Part shown: positions 1-10,204 of the stretch, one piece after another | Position numbering within the stretch: position 1 is the stretch's first letter | Layout: every line of letters begins with the position of its first letter | Assembly (NCBI RefSeq): GCF_963921235.1 | Contig: NC_086097.1 | Coordinates: 153,018,001 to 153,082,000, forward strand | DNA length: 64,000 bases | Direction: 5' to 3' | From: Mobula hypostoma | Taxonomy: Eukaryota | Translations under genes and position numbers: made by a program | Notes under the pieces: generated by a model | Seen by the model: the letters and a program-made list of their open reading frames with translations, nothing else | Told to the model about the DNA's origin: nothing | Database searches by the model: none

Positions 1-2170
1 CATAAGGAATGCTTACCGATCCATGCCCAAATCACATTTTGCAAAAATCTGATCACTTGGCCTTTGTTCTCCTACCTGCATACAGACAGAGCCTAAAAAA
101 ACAATGTTCCAGAGATTTGGTGGCTGTGTGAGGCAGAGGAATGGCTGCAGGATTGATTTGAGTCCTTGGACTGAGCCATGTTTGAGAACTCATCAGTACG
201 TCTGAATTAATATATCACACTTGTCATGGACTTCATAAAAACAGTTGTAAATGAGTATGTCCCACAAAATTATTCAGAGTCTTTCCCCAAACAGAAGCCC
301 TGGATGAAAAACTGAGATCCACAAACTGCTGAGAGCCAGATCAGAGGCATTCAAATCTGGTGACCATGAGAGTTACAAGAGGTCTGGGTATGATCTCCAG
401 AAAGCCATTCCAAAGCCAAAGTGGCAATTCTGGACTAAACTTGAACCAATGAAGGATACTCATCAGTTTTGGCAGGGCTTCAAAATTATCAGCTCTTCTA
501 AAGTAAAATCAAGCGATGGTGGTGACAACAGTGTTATGCTTCCAGATGAGCTCACTATCTTCTATGCTCATTTTGATCAACATAATATTGAGGAATCATC
601 ACAAACTCCCAATAATCCTATGATTTCAGTCTCTGAGCATCCTGCAGGAGGGTGAACCCACAAAAGTCCAGCCCAGACATGGTACCTGGCCAAATACTAA
701 AAACCTGTGCTGATCAACTGGATCAATTTGAGTGTTTACTGAGATCTTTAACCTCTCAATTCAGCAGAATGAGGTACCTACCTGCTTCAAGCAGGCTTCA
801 ATTATGCTGGTGCTTAGGAAGAGGATGATAACCTGTCTCAAACACTGTCGTCCGGTAGCACTGACATCTACACTGATGAAGTGGTTTGAGAGGCTGGTAA
901 TGAAACATATCAGCTCCTGTCTGAGAAGTGACTTGGATCTGCTCCAATTCGCCTACCAGCACAACAGTTCCACAGCAGATACCATTTCATTGGCTCTTCA
1001 CTCAACCCTGGGTCATCTGGTCAGGAAAGATGCATACATTATGATGCTCTCTATCACTTCAGCATTTAATACTCTCGTCCCCTCAGAACTAATCAGTAAA
1101 CTTCAAGACCTTGACTTCAATATCTCCTTGTGCAAATGGATCCTCGATTTCCTCTCTTGCAGACCCCAGTCAGTTCAGATTGGCAATACCTCCTCCACAA
1201 TCTCCATCAGCACAGGTGCACCACAAGGCTACTCACATTACAGTTAGAACAGTGTGGCTAAACACAGCTCCAATGCCAGATTTAAGTTTGCTGATGACAC
1301 CACTGTCCTTAGCAGAATCAAAGGTGGTGATGTATCAGCATATAGGAGGGAAATTGAAAATCTGGCTGAGTGGTGTCACAACAACAACGTCTTACTCGAT
1401 GTCAGCAAGAGCAAGGAGCTCATTATTGACTTCAGGAGGAGGAAACTGGAGGTCCAAGAGCCAATCCTCATTGGGGGACCAAAGGCATAGAGGGTCAACA
1501 ACATTAAATTCTTCAGTGTTATTTCAGATGACCGGCCCTGGACCTTACACATGAAGAGAGCATGATAGTGCCTCTACTTGCTAAGGAGTTTGCAAAGATT
1601 CAGTATGACAGCTAAAAGTTTGACAAAATTCTATACATGTGGTGGAGAGTATATTGACTGTTTGTGTCATGATTTGCTACAGAAACACCAATGTCCTTGA
1701 ACAAAAGCTATAAAAAGTAGTGGATACTGCCCGGTCCATCACAGGTAAAGCTCTCTCCATCATTAAGCGTATCCACATTGTGTGCTGTTCCAGGAAAGCA
1801 GTATCCATCATCCAGGCCATGCTCTCTTCTTGCTGCTGCCATCAGGAAGGAGGTGCAGAAACCTTAGATATCACAACACCAGGTTCAGGAACAGTTATTA
1901 CTCTCCAACCATCAAGCTCCTGAACCAGAGTGAAAAACTTCATTCATCAAAACTGAACTGAATTCACAACCTAAAGTCTCATGTTCAAAGACTCTTTGGT
2001 ATTTGGATAATTTTTTGTATTTTGCACATAGATTGTCTGTCCAGCTTCGTCTGTGTGCACTTTTTCATTGATTCTATTTGTTTCCTTGTATTTACTGTGA
2101 TTGCCCACAAGAAAATGAATCTTAATGGAAGATATGGTGGCATATATACACTCCGATAATAAATTTACTT
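1..2170 (+). mobile_element. Rex1/Babar-clade LINE, decayed (endonuclease C-terminus, RT and 3' UTR), runs off the left edge
   Basis: Fragmented frames give IRNAYRSMP..SDH, RPVALTSTLMKWFERLV, STGAPQG and KFADDTTV. The 3' UTR ends in GATAATAAATTTACTT. Many stops and frameshifts. Confidence 0.9.
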
Positions 2171-2171
2171 C

Positions 2172-2342
2172 CAAAGTTCAAAGTAAATTTATTATCAAAC
2201 TATATATGTCACCTTATTCTACCCTGAGATTCACTTTCTTGTGGGCATACTCAATAATTCCATAAATGACTAATAACCATAATAGATTCAATGAAAGACC
2301 GCACCAACAGAGAATTCAACAAGTGTTCAAAAGACAACAAAT
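2172..2342 (-). mobile_element. Rex-type LINE 3' UTR, distal part (continues at about 6238)
   Basis: Reverse complement of the 3' UTR at about 2000-2170. Collinear with the uninterrupted copy at 52072-52415. Confidence 0.8.
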
Positions 2343-2591
2343 ACGGATATAATAATACAGGGTAAACAAGCAGGGACAAGTGTTTGGAATAGCTATACCT
2401 ATTAAATAACAAAAACCAGAAATATGCTGAGCTAAAAGAAGGAATTGAAAGACTTTAGAACATGAACAAGGTGTACAATGTCCCACTAGTAATTTCTACA
2501 ACTGGTGTAATCCCAAAAGCATTATACAATAGCATTAAACAATTAGGTCTACATAGTAATATCTATGTAAATCTTCAGAAAGCCACAGTAC
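2343..2591 (+). mobile_element. R4/Dong-like non-LTR element, C-terminal restriction-like endonuclease (RLE) region, 5' part
   Basis: Manual translation across a frameshift: (P/T)DIIIQGKQAGT..IAIP..KNQKYAELKEGIERL*NMNKVYNVPLVISTTGVIPKALYNSIKQLGLHSNIYVNLQKATV, matching the PD..D..KxxKY..VP.VIS..G.IPK RLE pattern. Not in the ORF track. Confidence 0.75.
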
Positions 2592-5500
2592 CTAACTTTA
2601 TCATTGATGAAAGATTTAAATTTGATTGATATATGGAGAAGAATTAATTCTAAAGAAAGAGACTATTGGTTCTATTCTAATAGACACAAAATTTATTCAA
2701 GGATAGATCGTTTCCTATTATCAATGTATATTCAACACAGAGTGAAAAATATGGAATATAAAGCAAGAATATTGTCAGATCATTCTCCTCTATTAATGAC
2801 AATAATAATGACTGGTAAGGAAGAAGTGGCTTATAGATGGAGATTTAATACAACATTATTAAAACGTCAAGATTTTTGTGATTTTATGAAAAAGCAGATC
2901 TCCAATTTTTTTTGGATACAAACTCTCATTCAGTGGATGATAAATTTATACTATGGGATGCAATGAAAGCATATTTGAGGGGTCAGATGATAAGTTATAC
3001 GTCTAAAATTAAGAAAGAATATATGGCAGAACTAGATCAATTGGAAAAAGAGATTACAAAATTAAAAAAAAGAATCTCACAGACATATGACAGAAGAAAA
3101 ACAAAAGCAACGTGTCAATAAGAAGTTACAATATAATACACTTCAGACATACAGAATGGAAAAAGCAATCATAAGAACTAAGCAAAGGTACTATGAGTTA
3201 GGTGAGAGAGCACATAAAATTTTTGCTTGGCAGTTGAAAACAGAACAAGCTTCCAAAACGATAAATGCAATTAGAACAAGTGCAAATAAAATTATTTATA
3301 AACCTTTAGAAATTGATGAAACCTTCAAAAGTTTCTATTCTGAATTATATCAATCGGAATTACAAAATGATGTTAATGAGATAGAAAGCTTTTTATCACA
3401 AGTAACTCTCCCAAAATTGAATTCGGAAGAACAGAAGGGATTAGATATGCCTTTTACATTAAAAGAGGTTGAAGAAGCTTTAGGATCACTTCAAAGTAAT
3501 AAATCTCCAGGAGAAGATGGTTTTCCACCTGAATTTTATAAAAAGTTTAAAGATTTATTATTTCCTCCCTTTATGGAGTTAATACGTCAAGCAGAAAAAA
3601 TACATAAACTCCCAGAATCTTTCTCAACAGCGATTGTAATAGTATTGCCAAAAAAGACAGAGATCCTTTAAAACCAGCATCATACAGGCCTATTTCTTTA
3701 TTGAACACGGATTATAAAATAATAGCAAAAATTTTATCGAATAGATTATCTAAATATTTACCAAAATTAATACATATGGATCAAACAGGATTTATTAAAA
3801 ATAGACAATTGGCAGATAATGTAACTCGGCTACTCAGTATAATTCATTTTGGCACAAAAAGGGGAGGAGATGAGTATAGTAGTAGCCTTGGATGCAGAAA
3901 AAGCATTTGATAGATTGGAATGGGATTTTTTTATGTTAAGTATTAGAATAATATGGGTTAGGAACATCTTTTATAAACTGGATTAAAACTTTAAATACTA
4001 ACCCTAATGCTGAAGTAGTGACAAACACTCAAATTTCAACACCATCCCCGTTAAAAAGGTCAACTAGACAAGGTTGTCCATTATCTTTATTTGTACTGGC
4101 GATAGAGCCATTAGCAGAACTAATTAGAATTGATCCAGATATTATGGGTTTTAGAGTTAATCAGGAGGAATATAAAATTAATCTTTTTGCTGATGATGTT
4201 TTGATTTACTTAACAAACCCACAGCATTCATTACATAAATTATCTTCTAGATTGGATGAATATGGGAAAGTATCAGGGTATAAAATAAATTGGGATAAAA
4301 CTGAAATTTTACCTCTTACTAAAGGAGACTATAGCCAATGTCGATTAGCAACCCAACTTAGATGGCCGGTAGATGGTATGAAGTACTTAGGTATAAGACT
4401 TGATAATGATGTAAAGAATTTATATAAGTTTAATTATTTACCACTATTGAAAAAAATTCAAGAAGATCTTGACAAATGGATGATGCTACCAATAAAATTA
4501 GTGGGTAGAGTCAATGTTGTAAAAATGAATATATTTCCTAGATTACGGTATTTGTTTCAAACATTACCAACACAATTGCCACAGAAATTTTTTCAAGAGC
4601 TAAATAAATGTGTGAGAAAATTTCTTTGGAAAGGTAAGATGTCAAGAATATCATTGGAAAAATTGACATGGAAATTTGAGTTGGGAGGGTTACAACTTCC
4701 AAACTTTAAGAATTATTATAAAGCAAATCAACTTAGATTTCTTGCATCTTTCTTTGACGAATGAAAACCAGCATGGATTAGAATAGAATTAGATAAGATA
4801 GGAGAAAATAGACCTGAAGATTTTATATATAAATGGGAATCTAAATGGATACGGGATAGAAAGAATCTCCTATATTAAAACATTTGATTGATCTATGGAA
4901 TAAGATAAATGTTGATAATGAAATAAAGAAATCTTTATTAGCAAGGAGACCTTTGTTCCAAAACAGACTTATTCCTTTTACAATGGATAATCAGCTTTTA
5001 TATAATTGGTACCAAAAGGGGATTAGATCTATAGGAGACTGTTATGAATGAGGTATATTGATGTCATTTGAACAACTAAAGAATAAATATAAAATATCAA
5101 ATAACACTTTCTTTTGTTACCTTCAATTTAGGGCTTACTTAAAAGGCAAACTGGGTCAAACAATGTTTTTGCCAAAACCCAATGAAATTGAAATTTTAAT
5201 TCTAAAAGGAAAAATTAAAAGAATTATTTCTTGTATGTATAATTTGATTCAAAAACAGACAATTAAACATGGAATCCACAAGTCAAAACAAAAATGGGAA
5301 ACGGATCTGAATATTAATATTGATGAAACAAATTGGTCAAGACTGTGTCTTGACAGTATGACAAATACAATAAACGTTCGACTTAGATTAGTACAATTTA
5401 ATTTTTTACACCAATTATATATTACACCATAAAAAATAAATAGATTAAATTTAAATTTATCTGATCAATGCTTTCGGTGTAATCAAGAAATTGGTAATTT

Positions 5501-6128
5501 CTTACCTTCTACTTGGTCTTGTTCTAAAATTCAACCTTTTTGGATAAATTTAAGAGTCTTATTGGAACAAATGACTGGAACTCAACTTCCACATAACCCT
5601 GTATTATTTTTATTAGGTGATATTGAAGGGATAAAACTGAAACTTAAATTGAATAAATATCAGAAAGAATTCATAAAAATTGCGTTGGCAGTAGCTAAGA
5701 AGGCTATAACAGTTACTTGGAAATCCAATTCGTATTTAAGTATGAATCGTTGGTACAATGAAATGGCTAGTTCTATTCCACTCAAGAAAATTAATTATAA
5801 TTTAACAGATAAATATGAAACATTTTCAAATATTTGGCTCCCTTATTTACAAAAGATAGGATGGCATATTTAGTTGCTCCGATGATAAAGTTGTTGGTCC
5901 CTTGGGGAAAGTAATAAATAAATGTACTAAATTTATTTGGAGTCCCATGGAGCATGTGGAAACCTTCCAATATCCAGGCAGTTCTTCTTTTTTTCTTCTT
6001 CTTTCTTCCTTTCTTTTTGTTTAGGTAGGAGTATATATCGGGGGGAAGGGTTAAGGGGAGGGAGGAGGGTAGACATTATCTTTTCATGTATTCACTTTGA
6101 AAACTCAATAAAAATTATATATAAAAAA
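2592..6128 (+). mobile_element. L1-clade LINE, 5'-truncated ORF2 (EN end, RT, Cys domain) plus 3' UTR
   Basis: YSRIDRFL/SDHSPL, KSPGEDGFPPEFYKKF, TRQGCPLS, FADDVLIYL and LGGLQLPN motifs in consecutive broken frames. AATAAA at about 6107 and an A-rich tail. 15-bp TSD AGAAAGCCACAGTAC at 2577-2591 and 6129-6143. Confidence 0.95.
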
Positions 6129-6143
6129 AGAAAGCCACAGTAC

Positions 6144-6237
6144 TAGAATAATCTGAAAGTTCCTAGCAATTGACAAATGAGCGTGCTTGGCTATGCCCAT
6201 ATCTCAGGTTTTACCAGCTTGAGCTGAGAAAAAATTA
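6144..6237 (+). mobile_element. R4/Dong-like element, 3' end (resumes after the L1)
   Basis: Directly after the TSD reads RII*KFLAIDK*, followed by a short UTR ending in A/TAA-rich sequence. Confidence 0.7.
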
Positions 6238-6322
6238 ATAAAAATAATGAATAAATATCAAGAACATGAGATGAAGAGTCCTTGAAAATAAGGTGAAGTT
6301 GAGTGAAGTTATCACCCATGGT
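6238..6322 (-). mobile_element. Rex-type 3' UTR, proximal part
   Basis: AATAAATATCAAGAACATGAGATGAAGAGTCCTTGAAA..GAGTGAAGTTATC matches 52283-52375. Confidence 0.75.
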
Positions 6323-6362
6323 ATTTTGAGGGGATGATGGTATTGAATGGTATTTTATATAG

Positions 6363-6441
6363 AAAAACAACAGGAACGTCGACTGCGCCTCTTCCTATAG
6401 ATGCTGCTTGGCCTGCTGCGTTCACCAGCAACTTTGATGTA
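6363..6441 (+). mobile_element. Short Penelope-like (PLE) terminal-repeat insert
   Basis: AACGTCGACTG..CCTATAGATGCTGCTTGGCCTGCTGCGTTCACCAGCA matches the other copies. 14-bp TSD GGTATTTTATATAG at 6349-6362 and 6442-6455. Confidence 0.8.
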
Positions 6442-6847
6442 GGTATTTTATATAGCTTGTCTTTTTAAAATAAGTAGGCTATAAAATTGGGCTTATTGTG
6501 TTATTGTGTAATAGGTATTGATGATCTTTTATATCCTTTGGTGAACTGGTCCTGTAAAGTTACTGCATGACTTGAGTCATCCACCACTGTGGTCAATGCA
6601 ATAGTATTTGTAATGAGAGATCATGCCAGAAATATGCAGCGTAAGCACTTTGTGATATCAGTCCTTCAGCAACGCTGACTTGATATTTATTAGCACTGTC
6701 AAGCTGGATTGTCATACCCCAGTCAATGCCATGTGTAAAACATGAACGGAAGACATGACATTCAGTAGAAAGTGGGTCCATCCTTTTTCAAGCTCCTTAA
6801 TGTGCACTATTTAAAGAGATTTTTGGTGACATGAGTAATTGATTCAT

Positions 6848-7175
6848 GGTACTGCAGTGGCACAGAAAATTGAGCCACTGCCTTGTAATCCCAGGGTTCA
6901 ATGTTGACTTCCAGTGCTGTGTGGTGTTTCTGTGATCATGTGAGTTTCTCGTTGGCTCTTCAGTTTCCTCCCAGATCTCAAAGATTGCTAGCTTTGTTGA
7001 CCACTGTAAATTTCCTCTTGTGTAAAAATGAATGGTAGTATCTTGACAAGAATTGATGAGAAAGCAGGTAGAATAGATTGGGGTTAATGTCAGATTTGTG
7101 TAAATGGGCGGTTCATGGTTAGTTCAGGCTCAGTGGTTGTTGGAAGGACCTGTTTCTGTACTGTTTCTCTCAGAT
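6848..7175 (+). mobile_element. HE1-like V-SINE with CR1-type 3' tail, old
   Basis: tRNA-like head (GTGGCACAG..GGGTTCAA), V-domain-like GTTTCCTCCCAGATCTCAAAGA, and a tail GAAGGACCTGTTTCTGTACTGT shared with the CR1 3' ends in this window. Confidence 0.7.
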
Positions 7176-8004
7176 TGTATGATTAAACCAATTTTTTTCA
7201 GTGAAAAGCATTGGAGTTTCTAAGTTAGTGAAAGAGCTTTGTGTCTTAATATGCTGTTATATTGCAATTTCCAGCAGTTGGATCCTGGCATGTAAATTTA
7301 ATGGCTGTTCTTCTAGGCTTTCAGCATGACAGGAAGGAGGAGGAGATAACTGAACATCAGGGCAGTGTGCTGGGAAAGGAAGGAGATAGAAGAGAAAGAG
7401 CTCTTCTCTGTCAATAACTTGCTTGAGGAGTTTTCATTTCTTCAAGGTGACAGTAATAGATATCGGCCACCTGCCATGGACAGATCTGTGTGAAAATGAA
7501 GGGCCAAATCTTCTTGCCAAGATAAGTTACTGAATTTTAGACCTCCAACTCTTTGCTGGGAGGTGCCAGAGGCATGAGTAACATATTGCAATTAGCATAA
7601 TATAGAAAAGCTATCGGACTGAGATAGCCAAATTCATTTTGGCCCAGTGAGGGCAGGATTTTATAGTATGGTAGATTTCCCCATAGTGTTTATATTACCT
7701 TGAGTGCTCCAGGCTAAAATCCTCAGGAATATAGGAGTCATAAGGGATATCATAATCTTCCTGTCGAGCAATACTTTATAATAACAGCCAGAATATAATG
7801 ATGGTAAAACCTAACCAGACGGAAGCCACAACATTTCTGTACTTTGACTGTCTGCTGTGTCAGTCAGAAACTATAGGCAGACTACTTGGGAATTTCATGT
7901 TACTAGACATTCAAAGAAAGATTCATTCCCTTGCATTCCTTCACGATATCAATGAAGTTCCTATTCTCCAAAGAATGAGCTGACTCAAGATCATATACAA
8001 GAAG

Positions 8005-8190
8005 ACTTGGATAGCATTAGCAAGTGTCATGTCATGCAATTGCCAGAGTAATGATCATCTTCAATATGAGAAAGACTTGCCAACCTCCACTGGCATTCAA
8101 CAATATTACCTTTGTTCAATATCCCACCTCCAAAATTAATGGAGAAATCATTAATCATAAATTCAACCAAATATGGCACATCAGTTCACT
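8005..8190 (+). mobile_element. Very old CR1/L2-group RT-downstream fragment
   Basis: Decayed peptide ..VMIIFNMRKTCQPPLAFNNITFVQYPTSKINGEIINHKFN resembles the post-RT region of CR1/L2 LINEs. Confidence 0.45.
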
Positions 8191-8689
8191 GGGAAGAGTA
8201 CATTTTCTGTGATGTACAGTATAGTTTAATTTTTGACTTGCTGAGACATTTCCACTATTTAAATCAGGAATGTGAATGCAACTTTAAAGCAGCCTATGTC
8301 ATCCAAGTTGCCTCCCTTCACTTTTGCCATTTCTTGGTTTTAGTACGATCACTTACAAAGTGCATTTCAGATACTTTCCACCAGCTTACTTCATCAGAGA
8401 ATTCCAGACCTGCATATTCTAACTTCAAGAAAGCATCAATTACAAATTTCCCTCAAAATCACATACTTTCTGCATTTGGAAAAGTTGTGGCTGCTCTTTG
8501 CTGCTGGTAGAACAAATCCAGGAAATCTCTTCTTGAATAATGTATTTGAGTAGGTAACTTCTTAATAGGATAATATTAGAGTGCAGGTGGTCTTGAAAGA
8601 TAACTTCAAGAAGCCTTAGTACCATCCATTTCTGTATAGACTAAATACTTTATTAGTAGCACTTTTTATTGTAAACATTTATGGGAAAT

Positions 8690-9237
8690 GATCACTGCAA
8701 ACAATAGAGAGGTGAGCGAAGGTGAGGCTGAGTCAAGGCAAAGCTGGAACGAAGTTGAGGCATGTTCGAGACAAAGTCAGGATGCGCAGAGCAGAGCAAA
8801 GTTGGGTCAAGCAGAATGGAGGAGAGGCAGATTTCAGGCCTGTCTACCTAAATCATGAGCGAAGCCTGATCGATTTAAGTGCCAGGCTGATTTGGAAAGG
8901 TCGGGTACAGGCCAAAATCTGGCGTTGAAGTCCAGGTTCAGAGCATATTGATGCGACAGGGCTCAGATGCTATTGTAAGGAATGACCATGAGGCAGAGGC
9001 TGTGGCCTGTTCCAGCTGCTTCAGACTTAGTGTCTGTGGACTCACTCTTTCTCTGAATGCTATTTGTTTATTTTTATTGTTTACACATTTTTTTCTTCTC
9101 TTTGTACATTGGGTGTTTCACTTTTTTAAATGGGTTCTTCTGTATTTCTTTGCTTTGTGGCTGCCTATTAGGTGATGAATTTCAAGGTTGTATAATGTAT
9201 ACACATTTTGATAATAAATATACTTTGAGCTTTGAAC
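8690..9237 (+). mobile_element. Non-autonomous element with Rex-type tail (family A)
   Basis: Non-coding GA-rich body followed by a 3' end GATAATAAATATACTTTGAGCTTTGAA. A second copy lies in reverse orientation at 52416-53115. Confidence 0.7.
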
Positions 9238-9674
9238 TCCAGCATATCAATCTTCAATTTCCCAATAAATCGCTATAGTTTATACAAAATATATGAATTA
9301 GTACCAAAGCAATTTTTTGATGCATGGACCTATTATTTTCTAAATAATGAAAATGATGAACTGCATTGCTCTATTCCTTAATAACAGAATTCACGTACTT
9401 TCAAATTAGAAATCCTAGAACTTATTAGGATCTTCCTTTTTCCTGTATATCAATCTGCTTACATCTCATTCTAGCTTATCTCACATTCCCCATCTGGCAG
9501 GCAAGAAAATCAGATCTCTCTCATTTGCTCCAGAAGCAACATTTTGCTTGGACACTTCCAGACTAACAAAAGCTGATCATGATTTCTCCTCTCTATCCTT
9601 CCTTTCAAATATTGGCTCACTGATTTGCAAATCGAAGCTTCCAGCTTGCATAAGCAATTTTTCCTTTCATGTAG

Positions 9675-9748
9675 GAATGTTGACAACTACTTTGTCTGTT
9701 CGGCATCCTGCCGCGAGCTTCTGTATGAAAACCCTTCCAACTATAAAG
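9675..9748 (+). CDS. Candidate internal host exon (74 nt), gene unidentified
   Basis: Acceptor TTTTTCCTTTCATGTAG|G and donor AAG|GTGTGA. Two open frames: xNVDNYFVCSASCRELLYENPSNYKx or xMLTTTLSVRHPAASFCMKTLPTIK. CpGs retained in unique sequence. Confidence 0.4.
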
Positions 9749-10204
9749 GTGTGAATATCTTTTGAAGCTGTTGGGCAACTCTGACTATTTTAAACTGATT
9801 TGTTATATGATAGGACTTGTCTTTCAGAAATTTGGCATTCAAGCTAATTTGTACCGAATAATATCTATGATGGTGTTGGGTGTTAACTCTGTGTGAACCA
9901 AAGCTAACTTTACAGTGACAAGAATATTGGAACAGGACTAGTTTGTTTTATTTGTGAATCATTCAATAGATTGGAAGACACTGGGAGAGAAATATCAATT
10001 ATTGTCAAATACTAATTATTCCTGGATTCAGGACAGATTTCGGAGGACTGTTAAGAATCAATTACCTTCTATGCTTGTTCTACTTTTGCCTATACAATGA
10101 CCAGCCACTAAAGTAGGCAGGGTGCAAGTTCACCTGTGCAAGATTATACAGATTATAATCATTCTTCAGTCTTCACTTATTTATTCAAGCATGTTTGTGA
10201 TAGA

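Noticed and set aside
7317..7420. Purine-rich exon-like segment after TTCTTCTAG
   Set aside because: No convincing donor site, and the most protein-like frame terminates quickly.
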